Source: a virus
IMG/VR virus record: IMGVR_UViG_3300042691_008788
Coordinates: 92,619 to 156,618 of that record
Reading direction: 5' to 3' (one strand)
DNA length: 64,000 nucleotides
A program made the position numbers and the translations under genes. Shown here in pieces: positions 46,901 through 56,488 of this stretch. The notes beneath the pieces were generated by a model, which saw nothing but the letters and a program-made list of their open reading frames with translations, did not search any database and was not told where the DNA came from. Every line of letters starts with the position of its first letter. Position 1 is the stretch's first letter.

Positions 46901-49176
46901 GTCTGACCATTATCGAATATGAATCTATCGGAAATGTCTACTCCCGAACCATCTGTTATGCTGTTTATCTTCCACACATCAGATTTATTCAAGTTGAAGT
47001 AAATCTCATATGGAGTTCCAGCAGAATTTGTCTTTATCACTCGCCTAAATGTGCTTAGATTTGCAGTATTGTTGTTTATGACTTCAGATGTATCGGTGGA
47101 AGTCTTTACACGCATCTTTCCAATCATCTCTTGGTCTTGGGTTGTTATGATGCCAATGCTACGATGCTTTGCCTTTCCTACAAGGTAGTATCCACCATTT
47201 GGTAGATTTGATGTGAATTTTACCTTGTCGCCGTCTGCACTCAATATTGCCGTGACTTTCAATGCACCCACAGGTACCGCTGTATTATCTCCAACAATCT
47301 TAACCATACTATTTGCGGGAAGACTTTGATTTCCCGAAGAAGCAACAATGTAATATCCATCAGTTATGTCTAGTGGAATATTGACTCCATTTGGAGTCGT
47401 GCCATTAGCAAGACACCAGTTGAAATCCACGCCCTTGTTCAAAAGAACTTCAGGCTGCGCCGTTGTATTTGCGTTTACCTGAAATCCAACAAACACAGGA
47501 TGTGTATATGCTAGTTCATCTATGTTCTTTATTACGGTAGATGCTGCTGACCCATTTGCTCTGTAAATCAATGATCTGCTATCAGAATCAAAACTATTGA
47601 CTTTGTTAATAGTAGCAACTAGAGTATTGGTGTTAAAAGTGATTCCTACTGCAAGTGTATCTGGCGTGACCGTAAATAGTGGGGTGGAAACTCTCGTATC
47701 TTCGTTATACAGATATAAACTTGATTGTGCAATGGCGGCAAGAACAGCATTATTGCTATCTCCCGTTATCGATGAACTCAAGTTGTCTATTTCTAAGAAA
47801 TGAACCTTGAAGTCTATTGTTCCATTTGATTGTGTGCTTATCTGAGTATTTGACTGCTCTGGTTCTACTTTGCCAACATAGCCAGTGAAATAAGCCTTGG
47901 TTAGATCTGGTGGATTGAGGGTAGTGCCAGTAATGGCTTCCTTGTACAAATAGACCCTATGACCCCTACTTGACTGATTTATATTTGAGTTAAGCGTAGT
48001 AAACAAAGGCACAAGAGACGAACTAGTAGATGGGGTGTATCGGAACTTAACATAGTTTCCAAAGTAGTTCGCTATGCTTTGATCATCATAATCGAAGGTT
48101 GATCTTGCCTTGGGTATTTCAATAAAATCCTTGGACTTGCTTTCATATTCGTAACCAAACACATAGGCTTTTCCCGTCCCAACATCTGCATAAAGGGTAT
48201 TTCCGCCTGCATCTCTAAATGTTATATCGAATGGTCTTACGACATAATTGCCACTTTCATCATATGTTCTTTCTGCAAACAATTTAACTAGTTCGGAGTA
48301 CTGTGTTTCTTCATTTTTTCCGACAATCAATCCATTCTGATATCTAACAAGATCTATAAAGTCCTCACCAGACAGAGTCTCAATGAATTTCAATACAAGA
48401 TCTATCTTATAGCGATGCGCTCCAGGAGCGTTGTAGTTGTAACTTCCACTTGCTGGATCCTTTATGGTATAGTCTTCTTTGTCAGTGACTATTGTTGAAA
48501 CAACATCAAAACCCATAAAACCTGTCGGGTTTGTGAATTGTCTTATACCGTTGCTTACGGTGTATGCTGCCTCAAACTGTGCAGTAGACTTGACAAAGAA
48601 TCCATTGATATAGTAGATACCATCGTTAACTCCAACAACCTTGCAGACTCCCGTATGTGTTGCAGAGGCTTCTGTTTCGGTATTTGTTGGTATGCTTATG
48701 GCAACAGTCTTGTCTGGGTTGGTGCATTCAAGGGTTACTCCAGCCGCAAACTGTGAGCCAGAAAGGTAACTTACTACAGCAATTCCATATGGATCTGTTT
48801 CTCCATAAGACTCCTTGTAGTCAATTACCTTTGCCTTTACCTGAATATCACCATTTCCATTCCTTTGTATTAGACTATAACCAACAATATCAGACGGGGA
48901 AATGGTAAATATTGGTGCCGAATAAGTAGATGGTTTGATTCGGACAAAGTTCAAGGTCTGAGTGGATATTTCACCCCCAAGTATTTTGCTTCCATCCTTG
49001 AAAATATGATTTCCAAATCGCTCAATCTGATTCTGTAGGATGGTCTGCAACTGCGTCAGTTCTCTGGACTGAACGGAGTAGCCAGGTCTAAACAGCATTC
49101 TGAGGAACTTTTTGTCCTCATTAAAGTCATCGTAATATGGATTGATATTGAACAGCGAGGGGTCGTAAGAAGGCAT
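43921..49176 (-). CDS. Large VrlC-like (DUF4815-type) baseplate-associated structural protein
   Basis: FNINPYYDDF, LFRPGYSVQSRELTQLQTILQNQI, NYNAPGAHRYKI, RTYDESGNYVV, RFTMKDIG and DPLAQTF. Confidence 0.88.
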   Translation of the reverse strand: MPSYDPSLFNINPYYDDFNEDKKFLRMLFRPGYSVQSRELTQLQTILQNQIERFGNHIFKDGSKILGGEISTQTLNFVRIKPSTYSAPIFTISPSDIVGYSLIQRNGNGDIQVKAKVIDYKESYGETDPYGIAVVSYLSGSQFAAGVTLECTNPDKTVAISIPTNTETEASATHTGVCKVVGVNDGIYYINGFFVKSTAQFEAAYTVSNGIRQFTNPTGFMGFDVVSTIVTDKEDYTIKDPASGSYNYNAPGAHRYKIDLVLKFIETLSGEDFIDLVRYQNGLIVGKNEETQYSELVKLFAERTYDESGNYVVRPFDITFRDAGGNTLYADVGTGKAYVFGYEYESKSKDFIEIPKARSTFDYDDQSIANYFGNYVKFRYTPSTSSSLVPLFTTLNSNINQSSRGHRVYLYKEAITGTTLNPPDLTKAYFTGYVGKVEPEQSNTQISTQSNGTIDFKVHFLEIDNLSSSITGDSNNAVLAAIAQSSLYLYNEDTRVSTPLFTVTPDTLAVGITFNTNTLVATINKVNSFDSDSRSLIYRANGSAASTVIKNIDELAYTHPVFVGFQVNANTTAQPEVLLNKGVDFNWCLANGTTPNGVNIPLDITDGYYIVASSGNQSLPANSMVKIVGDNTAVPVGALKVTAILSADGDKVKFTSNLPNGGYYLVGKAKHRSIGIITTQDQEMIGKMRVKTSTDTSEVINNNTANLSTFRRVIKTNSAGTPYEIYFNLNKSDVWKINSITDGSGVDISDRFIFDNGQTDQKYELSKLYIKPEYLSTYKANTTFTINVNYSYFEHTGYGPLTVESYRGISYENIPVYTSPTSGQSIQLSSAIDFRFVASVAGTNSPYVTYSNGIIPDKFTVSSSYTAYVPRIDKLVIGRNLSADDETPIPSILRGVPSEIPIVPEDISDSMTLFVLSVPAYTFSPTDVKAERIGNSRFTMKDIGEISNRVNDLEQYAVLNELELGIISANLKLNTGEDAIVKAIITDTFDGHSIADVSDRNHQCSIDIERGELRSSFRSEAYEYRHNTAEAGLTLTTDNILCHNFSKFATPVISQTKVSTTLKANPFDLPNWVGNIKITPHGDYWYDNTTRPFVKNNDDNANDAWLSGNILGSYGHGSQWNDWESIWSGISVELDDAENRKNSSFFSKPRGVNSGLNIDKKNIIVDGYDRFITALETQKYDYITRLRKKKFYEQVATNTILNKSVVPLMRGEKTLTFNVYNMKPNTTVHVFFDNINVNQYCTVNGSSGPFITDSSNGSLLNVVFDIPANMFEVGNKILRVIDNANNVVENATTIAETTYRASGLKEDEYYGVSSIRQPDIRKQTPNSNKVVSNPLYRDKSINTAKYNQWIDPLAQTFEISQNFYPNGLYLESVDLFFATKDSSLPVTVEIHPVVNGLPHPSVVLPFSTVVKNPSSVTANSSTPTATNFKFSTPVYLAPGRYAILVRCNTSDYSLFAANIGDFDILTNERIASTFIGGVLFKPQNNTEPTGDNNIDLMFNLNRCEFSSPSGDIVLQNYYGGAEDNATVNLIQPNPVVFAPSGVSVTTKIMAPTEMSVVPNRNMTLSTPYQVYSTGSLNIKLATSIVTPTLLSPMIDMDMTNTVVVENVIDSSNSTTEELTPTSGAANSSVARYISKKVTLPIGESATELKVILDLNKPAGTFIAVYGKVSDSRINAGFNSTDKYVLMSVDGTDAFQTGNQSTNSQSEFDFREIMYKMASTKEFDTFSVKICMYSTSSGSIPKVKNLRVVAVE

Positions 49177-49188
49177 CTACTCTTGCTC

Positions 49189-51549
49189 CTAGAAACCAAT
49201 CACGATCTTGAACTCTTCGGCTTGTTCGTAATTTCTAACGATTGGTCTTACATTTTCTATGTATAACAAATCTCCAGAACCTATTTCGATATCCGAATTG
49301 GTAATAGAGTTTATATTGGCGGCTATGCTGGCTTCTGCGGTCGATCCGTAGGCCGAATAGAACAATGGATCACTACTGTTGAAAGAACCTTTTACATCAG
49401 TAAGGCTTAATGTTCCAGTGTTGCCAAGTCCACCAGTTACGGCAAAATCAACAACCGTTCCCGTCACCTTTTTCAAAGTTGTGGAATTGGTCTGTGAAAC
49501 AATGCCATCTATAGCGTCACCAGAAACAAGTATTTTATCTGTAAATGGCGAAGATGTAGTAACGAGTGTCAATCGTGTGGTCAGGTTGTATTCTCCTACA
49601 TCTGTTATTTCCACTCTGTCCAACTGAGTAGATGCTATTCTTCCGTAGTTTTCATCTCTCAATCCTCCCGTAGACCCAAACACAAGGAACGCACTTCCAC
49701 TTGTCAGTCCGAGCGAGAATTGCCCAACCTTTTCTCCAAACTCCTCATCAACATCAATTATGTACGAACTTGGAAGAGTAGAACCTGTTGTGAAGAATAT
49801 TGACTTGCCCTCTACAAAGGCTCCATTGGTACAGTTCAACAATACACTTCCTTCACTCATGTCAAACGAAACCACCGTTCCAGAAGCAGACAAGGTCAAC
49901 CCAGTGATTCCCGAATATTGGAATGCACTGTCTCCCGTGACAAAAGACCCAGAGAATGTTAGACCAAAATAAACGCGACTTCTCAACGATGCTTCATCTG
50001 AGAATCTGAAGTTACCAACAACATCAACAAGATTTACCTGATGGAATTCTGAACCTGGAATCCTCTCTGATCCAACAATACGACCATTTGCCAATGATTC
50101 TTTGCCGATAAGGTAATTACCAACTACAAAAGTACCAGCATTGTATTCATCTCTGGTTCTGTATATTGAAGTCTTGTTAGGCTCTTTCTTTATCAGCAAC
50201 TTGAGTACCACATCTTCTTCTACGCCAGCAAGGGTAAGACCGCCATAAAGATACGGATTCTTGATTATTCCAAACTGCCTATAGTCATTTCTTGTTGATA
50301 TCTTGCCGCCCTCTGTCCCATCAACTTCCATGATGATCATGAGATCGGATCCACCAAATTCCTTTATGGCATCAGCACCATGGCCTTGGGGGGTTGATAG
50401 TTCCGTTGAAATGGAATTATTGAGAGCCTGAACACCAGATCCAATAGTTACACTTGAACTTTCTGTGGTTATTCTTGGTCTTGCATATGTGTAGTTCTTG
50501 CCTGGATTAATCACAGACATAGTGACCACTTTCTTTGCATTGGTGGTATTGGGAACAACAACTGCATCCTGACCATCACCATCGACTACAACATATGGAA
50601 CTATCTTGAATTGTGACTTGTTTTCTGATTCTGCTATTTCAAGACTGCGGGTTAGAGATGGATAGACATTCGCATAGTAGTAACTCGCACCAGCATTCCC
50701 ATTCTTATAAAAATTCAATATTCTGAAATATTGACCCACTCCAGCACCTTCGGAGACATAAAGACCATATCCATCCCAATAAGAACTACCGATTGTTGCG
50801 CTCTCTTGTGAAGCATCAAATGCGATATAAGACGATCCCGCCACATTCGGAGTTATTCCCTGTGTTGATAAGAATGAGTTGTATGCTTCCGTCACATATC
50901 TTTTTGCTGAAGATATCTTTGAAAATGTGGGGCTTAGAGAAGCGGTAATCGAAACGGAATCTATTGAACCTGGTCTTGCCCTCTGTTGAACTAACTTTTG
51001 CTCCACCCGATCTTTATCTGTAACCGATGCAAGATACACGGGAATATACTCTTCTGTTATAAAACCCAAATAATCTTCGGGTACAGAATAGATGTACTTC
51101 CACTTATATCCGTCACCAGTTGTTATGATGTCGGACGATTTACCCGTTGGCATTATATCCGATGTCCCATCGGCATACATGCACTTGTAGACATTGTATT
51201 CACTGGTCATCACATAGTATGTTTTTCCAGCCATGTCTTTTGTTTCGGTATACGCATCATATACTTCACCAGCAGTCCAATTGACACGCGGAATCACTAT
51301 CCGCATGTTGTCTGGTTGAATCCTCTTGATGAACAAAATGTTCCTGAATGTGTCGTATACATTTCTTGATGATTCACCCACTGATGGCGGAACTGTATCA
51401 CTCTCTACAACAGTCGTGGTTTCTGCATTGTCCGTATATGGAGTGGCTCTGCTTACAAAAAGATAATAGTTTTCTTGTGTTGTAAGACCACTCTTGATCA
51501 TCTGAACAAGATCTGTCTTCAGTAGGGTTTTGAGAGCGTTGTTTGCCAT
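49189..51549 (-). CDS. gp8: Baseplate wedge subunit (extended)
   Basis: IPRVNWTAG..YD.Y, YYVMTSEYNVYKC, DGYKWKYIY, GHGADAIKE, NDYRQFGIIKNP and SGDLLYIEN..PI.R...EEFKIVIGF. Confidence 0.9.
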   Translation of the reverse strand: MANNALKTLLKTDLVQMIKSGLTTQENYYLFVSRATPYTDNAETTTVVESDTVPPSVGESSRNVYDTFRNILFIKRIQPDNMRIVIPRVNWTAGEVYDAYTETKDMAGKTYYVMTSEYNVYKCMYADGTSDIMPTGKSSDIITTGDGYKWKYIYSVPEDYLGFITEEYIPVYLASVTDKDRVEQKLVQQRARPGSIDSVSITASLSPTFSKISSAKRYVTEAYNSFLSTQGITPNVAGSSYIAFDASQESATIGSSYWDGYGLYVSEGAGVGQYFRILNFYKNGNAGASYYYANVYPSLTRSLEIAESENKSQFKIVPYVVVDGDGQDAVVVPNTTNAKKVVTMSVINPGKNYTYARPRITTESSSVTIGSGVQALNNSISTELSTPQGHGADAIKEFGGSDLMIIMEVDGTEGGKISTRNDYRQFGIIKNPYLYGGLTLAGVEEDVVLKLLIKKEPNKTSIYRTRDEYNAGTFVVGNYLIGKESLANGRIVGSERIPGSEFHQVNLVDVVGNFRFSDEASLRSRVYFGLTFSGSFVTGDSAFQYSGITGLTLSASGTVVSFDMSEGSVLLNCTNGAFVEGKSIFFTTGSTLPSSYIIDVDEEFGEKVGQFSLGLTSGSAFLVFGSTGGLRDENYGRIASTQLDRVEITDVGEYNLTTRLTLVTTSSPFTDKILVSGDAIDGIVSQTNSTTLKKVTGTVVDFAVTGGLGNTGTLSLTDVKGSFNSSDPLFYSAYGSTAEASIAANINSITNSDIEIGSGDLLYIENVRPIVRNYEQAEEFKIVIGF

Positions 51550-51550
51550 A

Positions 51551-53563
51551 TTAGAAGTTCGGTGAGGTTAGAGTTGTGCTTTCGATCAGACCATACTGAT
51601 TGTCATCGCCAGTGGTTCCTTCGTATGGACCACTGTTTGGATTTGAATGGAAGTGGTATCCTATCGGCATTCTGAAGAATGGGTTCAATGCAACGGATCC
51701 AAATGATGCTCCTAGTCCAGTACCACCACCCAATGGTCCTGTTAGACCCTTTATTCCTCTGATATTCGGGTGGTGATAAACTCTCCAATAAGCATAACTG
51801 AATCCCTGTGCTTGTATGTATCCCTCTATACTACCGCTTGATCCAAGAGGAAGTCCTTGCGGGTCATGGGTTTGTCCCGCTGATGTTTCGGGGACAATGC
51901 CAATGCCATATAGAACTCTTTGTATCGTTGCCGTGTAACCAGTGGCATTGCTGTCTATGAGGGTGAATGTTATACCCTCAACAAATCCACCGCCAGTTAT
52001 GCTTGCTGATGTAGTGTCAAAATCTATCTGCTTTAGATAGAAAGCACCTTGTGTAGCACCGACTCGCTGAAACTCAAAGACACTGGCTGATATCAGATTT
52101 CCATTAGATCCACTTGCCGCAATAGTTGACCATGTTACGCCGCCATTGAATGTAAAACCAACTGGAGTGACGAGTAGTTTTCCACCACTTTGGCCGTATG
52201 CTTGGTATGAACTGAATGAATTTCCTCGGGGGTTGAATCCATTGACATACTTGTTGTATAGATCGGCGGTTGTGCCAATTCTATATGGTGTATAGTGACC
52301 AATGAAAGGAAGTTCATATCTCTGCATCTCGGAATGAAATGGAAGAGAATCTACTATGTCACGCTTGATGAGAACATCACCGAACATCTTGAATCCCGCA
52401 GGATGCACCAACTTCTTGTATATTTCTTTATAGGTAAGAAATGGTACTTCGCTGCGTAGAGCATATGCAAACTCCTGATAGTAGTCGGCATCATACAGTT
52501 TCTTGTTTGAACTAAGTTTTCCGCTGTTGGTGGCGAAGTATCCTGGATAGGATGTCACGGCTCCAATCGTGACATTTACTCTAGCAAGTCCGTTTCCTGT
52601 ATTCGATGCTATTGATATTGTTGGTGTCTGATCGTAACCAATTCCAGAATCGATTATCTGTACTCCCGTGATCTTACCGTTTTCCTTCACCGAGTCTATT
52701 GCCAACTCAAGCCCAAATCCATTGTAAGATGTAGAACTTGTAACAACATCGCTTCTGGAATATCTAAGGCCACCATCAACTATTTCATATCCACTTATTA
52801 CAGGATAGACACGCTCCAGCAGCCTTCCACTTGATGTATCAACATAGACATCCAGATTCGGTAAGAATGTGCCAAACTTATTCTTGATGAATATTTCGTT
52901 GATATCATAGTATTCTTTGCGATACTGAATGACATCGGCAACTTCTGCGTATGCAATGACATCACCATTCAATGGATTGATCTGAACAACTTGATGACCA
53001 GCCATCTGAAAATTGGCAGTTCCTCCAGTGTTGGTTGTCTTCAGAGAAAACTTTTCTATCCATCTTCCATCAGATGCCTTCAGAACATCATTACCAGGAT
53101 AATAAACCTCGGATGCCGCGTTGTAGATCAGTCTGAAAAGAAACTTGAAAGACTTTTCTGTTCCTTTTGCTCCATAAAAGTTTCTTGCATTCTTGAGAAA
53201 ATTGGCCTCACTAACGATATTTCCAGTTGAATCTGTAGCCAACTGCAATGGAAAGTTCTTTAGATACATTTCTCTGAAATCAAGGACAAATAAACCGATG
53301 GTTGTGTCTACATCGGTCATATCCATAAAACTATCGATGATACCAAATGGATTTAGATTCCTTTCCATCCACTCGTAATATGCTTCAACAAAACTTCTGA
53401 AACCCTCATGATCTCTGTTTATAAAGTCTGGAACCTGATCAACAATCAGATTGCTCGGTCCAAATCTTTTTATAGTTCGGGGAGACTCCTCTGAAAGAGC
53501 AAGAGTTGCCGCTGGTGCGGCTGCTCCTGTTCCAGTATTGAGAAGTAGGGGTATATTTGCCAT
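51551..53563 (-). CDS. gp7: Baseplate wedge initiator (gp7-like)
   Basis: QVPDFI, FVEAYYEW, FYGAKGTEKSFKFLFRLIY, LKASDGRW, YYQEFAY and LVHPAGFKMFG; between gp6 and gp8. Confidence 0.8.
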   Translation of the reverse strand: MANIPLLLNTGTGAAAPAATLALSEESPRTIKRFGPSNLIVDQVPDFINRDHEGFRSFVEAYYEWMERNLNPFGIIDSFMDMTDVDTTIGLFVLDFREMYLKNFPLQLATDSTGNIVSEANFLKNARNFYGAKGTEKSFKFLFRLIYNAASEVYYPGNDVLKASDGRWIEKFSLKTTNTGGTANFQMAGHQVVQINPLNGDVIAYAEVADVIQYRKEYYDINEIFIKNKFGTFLPNLDVYVDTSSGRLLERVYPVISGYEIVDGGLRYSRSDVVTSSTSYNGFGLELAIDSVKENGKITGVQIIDSGIGYDQTPTISIASNTGNGLARVNVTIGAVTSYPGYFATNSGKLSSNKKLYDADYYQEFAYALRSEVPFLTYKEIYKKLVHPAGFKMFGDVLIKRDIVDSLPFHSEMQRYELPFIGHYTPYRIGTTADLYNKYVNGFNPRGNSFSSYQAYGQSGGKLLVTPVGFTFNGGVTWSTIAASGSNGNLISASVFEFQRVGATQGAFYLKQIDFDTTSASITGGGFVEGITFTLIDSNATGYTATIQRVLYGIGIVPETSAGQTHDPQGLPLGSSGSIEGYIQAQGFSYAYWRVYHHPNIRGIKGLTGPLGGGTGLGASFGSVALNPFFRMPIGYHFHSNPNSGPYEGTTGDDNQYGLIESTTLTSPNF

Positions 53564-55407
53564 TAGATATTACCGCGAGACACATCGACCGTGTCAACAA
53601 CAATAGATCCAGAAATATTTTCGTCTATTTTTAGTATCTGATTTCTCTTTGGTACAATGTCAAATCTTTGATCTGGCTCGACAGATATTTCGATATAAGA
53701 TAGTTTGTTGCTGCTGTAGGGATTGAAATTAACCAAATTCACTTTTCCTGTTTGATAATCCACCGATCCGATACCACTCTTCAAAACTACTTTAGATCCG
53801 TCCTTTATGGTGTATATTGAAATAGATCCATATCCATCGTCCTCTAAGAAGCAATCGACCAAGAGATTTGTTGATGTGTCTTTATATTTGAACACGGATG
53901 AGTTCAGTATGGTGTTATTGCCATCAAATGGATGGTTCAGTTTTGCTCCAAAATCTAATATGAAAGATGTTGGAGTCTCGCGCGGTATTAGTTTTTTGGC
54001 AAGTTTTGTTGATATCCTGTTACTCACCATTGCCGTATTAGAAAGGTCAACCAATCTTGTGAGAACAGAATATCTGAATGATCCATTGAATTTTTCAAGA
54101 CTAGTATTTGAATAGTTGACTATAGTTGCTGATGCAGAACTACCAACTCTGATATCGCTTTGAGTTGTTCTGGATGAATCATATGTTACAAAACAATTCA
54201 CTTTGATGTATGTGTAGTCTGGGTCAACCAACTCTGGAGTTACGGCTATTACCTTCTTCTTTGACAGAATATTGGTCTTTATTGATTCCTTGGCAGCATC
54301 GCTCAATATTTCCCCACTCTTGGGAAGTATTGATACGAATACCTTACCGTAAACTGGAGGATCATTTTCCTCGCCACCCCAAACTCTAACCGCACTGGCA
54401 GCAGAGTATTCCTTTAGTATTATGCTTTCATAATCTGAAATGGTGACTGCCCTATCTTGAGACTGATAGTACTTTGGAGCGGTGTATCTTATTTGTTCTT
54501 CCGTATCTCTTTCGGCACCACCATATGATGCTGTTACCGTGTCCACACTTGCATCAAAATCATTTCCACCAATACCATTGAAAGTAAATGATGAAGCAGC
54601 ATCGGTATCAGAATTTCCTATTGCATTTCCAGCAGATCCCTCTGTCTGAAAGTAGACTATCATTATGTAACTCTTATCCGCTGGCTTGCTACCAAGTATT
54701 CCATCTCCGAAAGAAATCTCATAGTTTCCTCTAAAGTTTTCATTGATGAAAAATACCTTAGAGGTCGAGTCCAACTGAAGATAGTCGTCATTAACTTTCC
54801 ACGATTCATCCATATTGGATAGATCGGTTGGACTATTCATGACATATATCTTGATCAGACTTTTGTCTATCTTGGCAGAGGGGATCTCAAATCGTATTGC
54901 GTTTATTGTTGAATCGTAAATATACGATGCAGTCTTATAGATACCTTGCCTCACCTCAAGATTGGAAACTTTGTATGGGACAGCATCTTTGTTGACCTTG
55001 AATGAATCAACAGTGCTAAAGGTGTAATTATCTCCATCCTTAGAAGAAAAAAACTTTGTTCCAATCGGGATGTAATTTGGAACTCCAGAGGTAGTTCCCA
55101 TTGTAAGATTCAGTACAGCCGTTGCAGCAGTGCTTGAATTTGGGACATATCCTAGATTTTTACCAAGTGAGACAAGTGATCGCCTCATTACTGCTGAGTC
55201 AATGAAAGACTCTGCTGCCAACATATTTGCATACACAGCCGTGTAGTGTGTATTATAGGCAAGTAGATCAAGAAGAATATTTATTCCCGATCCCTCATAG
55301 TCAAAATCTGAAAATTCAGATGTACCAGAGAGATAAGTCTTTAGATTTTCCTTTATTGCAAAAAAGTCTAATTCTGTCACTGGTGTTGTTACTACACGAT
55401 TTGGCAT
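53563..55407 (-). CDS. gp6: Baseplate wedge subunit
   Basis: ELDFFAIKENLK, FSDFDYEGSG...LLDLLAYNTHY, YEISFGDG, QDRAVTISDY and WGGEENDPPVYGKVF. Confidence 0.96.
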   Translation of the reverse strand: MPNRVVTTPVTELDFFAIKENLKTYLSGTSEFSDFDYEGSGINILLDLLAYNTHYTAVYANMLAAESFIDSAVMRRSLVSLGKNLGYVPNSSTAATAVLNLTMGTTSGVPNYIPIGTKFFSSKDGDNYTFSTVDSFKVNKDAVPYKVSNLEVRQGIYKTASYIYDSTINAIRFEIPSAKIDKSLIKIYVMNSPTDLSNMDESWKVNDDYLQLDSTSKVFFINENFRGNYEISFGDGILGSKPADKSYIMIVYFQTEGSAGNAIGNSDTDAASSFTFNGIGGNDFDASVDTVTASYGGAERDTEEQIRYTAPKYYQSQDRAVTISDYESIILKEYSAASAVRVWGGEENDPPVYGKVFVSILPKSGEILSDAAKESIKTNILSKKKVIAVTPELVDPDYTYIKVNCFVTYDSSRTTQSDIRVGSSASATIVNYSNTSLEKFNGSFRYSVLTRLVDLSNTAMVSNRISTKLAKKLIPRETPTSFILDFGAKLNHPFDGNNTILNSSVFKYKDTSTNLLVDCFLEDDGYGSISIYTIKDGSKVVLKSGIGSVDYQTGKVNLVNFNPYSSNKLSYIEISVEPDQRFDIVPKRNQILKIDENISGSIVVDTVDVSRGNI

Positions 55408-55408
55408 T

Positions 55409-55804
55409 TTATCTTAGCCTCTCTATGCTAACAAACACACTAGACACCTGTCTGTTGTTCAATAGCATGAACGAAATCTGTGTTTCGAACGAGTTTTTCT
55501 TTTCGTTGAAGGAAACAATCACATCATTAACCTTTGCCCTTGGCTCATGTCGATTGATCATGTCTATCAAATTTGACCTTAGTTGCATGGCTATGATCGG
55601 GGTTGCTGGCTCAAATAGGAGTCTTGTTATCCGTGCATCGATGTATGGTTGAAAAGGCTTGTCATGACGATTCATCAAAACCAAATTTCTTATGGCTCTT
55701 TTAACAGCCTCCGCATCCGTCTTTTGAGAGACATCAGCAGTAACTGGATGAGGAGTAAAATCCAAATCCAAATCTTTGAAAAAGTTTTTCCTTATGATGC
55801 TCAT
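55409..55804 (-). CDS. gp25: Baseplate wedge subunit
   Basis: FKDLDLDFTPHPVTAD, AVKRAIRNLV, LLFEP and HEPR. Confidence 0.94.
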   Translation of the reverse strand: MSIIRKNFFKDLDLDFTPHPVTADVSQKTDAEAVKRAIRNLVLMNRHDKPFQPYIDARITRLLFEPATPIIAMQLRSNLIDMINRHEPRAKVNDVIVSFNEKKNSFETQISFMLLNNRQVSSVFVSIERLR

Positions 55805-56439
55805 CTATAGTCTTTCGCTGAATTGAGAAGGAATGACACCTGATCTCGGGTGTATTCCATGTGGGACTTGACATCCGTTTCATCAACATTGTCTATAGTT
55901 TGCAAATCACACCATTCAATTGTTATGTATCCATAAACTACGAGGCTATCGCTGCAAAACAGCGGCAAAATCGAGAAGCCTGTGGTATCATGGAGTTCAT
56001 AGAACTTCTTGGTGTTTGACTCAAACAAAGAAGAGACATTTCTTATATGCGGATTGTTTTCTCGCAACTGCTGTATGATTTCCACGAATCTACTAACAAG
56101 AACATCTTGCCTAAACTGCATGGTAGATGATATTTTTGGATCACAAGATTGATGCGATATGCTCATCCTTCGCATCGAAGACCCATCAGCAAACTTTCCA
56201 CCATTATGAAACTGAGTAAGTGAAACGCGAGAACCCTTGGACTTCATTCGAAGTTCTCCAAGAAGATCAGATATACGCATATTGACTGTATTAAAAGTTT
56301 CCTCGCGTTTTACTGCTCCACGCTTTTTGAAATACCTTATTATTGGTTTAGACGCAATGAAAGCACCTATAGCCGCAGTAATAGCACCCAGAGCGGCACC
56401 AACAACCTCTAACCAACCCTGCAATGAATCCGTAATCAT
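55801..56439 (-). CDS. Putative holin (single N-terminal TM helix plus GAF-like domain, T4 T-like architecture)
   Basis: Start moved to ATG 56439 (GGAGA SD). Hydrophobic segment VVGAALGAITAAIGAFIA, then RVSLTQFHNGG...SISHQ...LPLF...GYITIEW. Confidence 0.5.
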   Translation of the reverse strand: MITDSLQGWLEVVGAALGAITAAIGAFIASKPIIRYFKKRGAVKREETFNTVNMRISDLLGELRMKSKGSRVSLTQFHNGGKFADGSSMRRMSISHQSCDPKISSTMQFRQDVLVSRFVEIIQQLRENNPHIRNVSSLFESNTKKFYELHDTTGFSILPLFCSDSLVVYGYITIEWCDLQTIDNVDETDVKSHMEYTRDQVSFLLNSAKDYR

Positions 56440-56460
56440 TAGTTTCTCCAAAGTAGCAAA

Positions 56461-56467
56461 TATTTAT
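56461..56467 (-). promoter_or_regulatory. Late promoter (ATAAATA) for the holin-like gene and wedge operon
   Basis: Intergenic GATAAATA, 21 nt upstream of ATG 56439. Confidence 0.65.
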
Positions 56468-56488
56468 CAGATACAAATATGACGAATA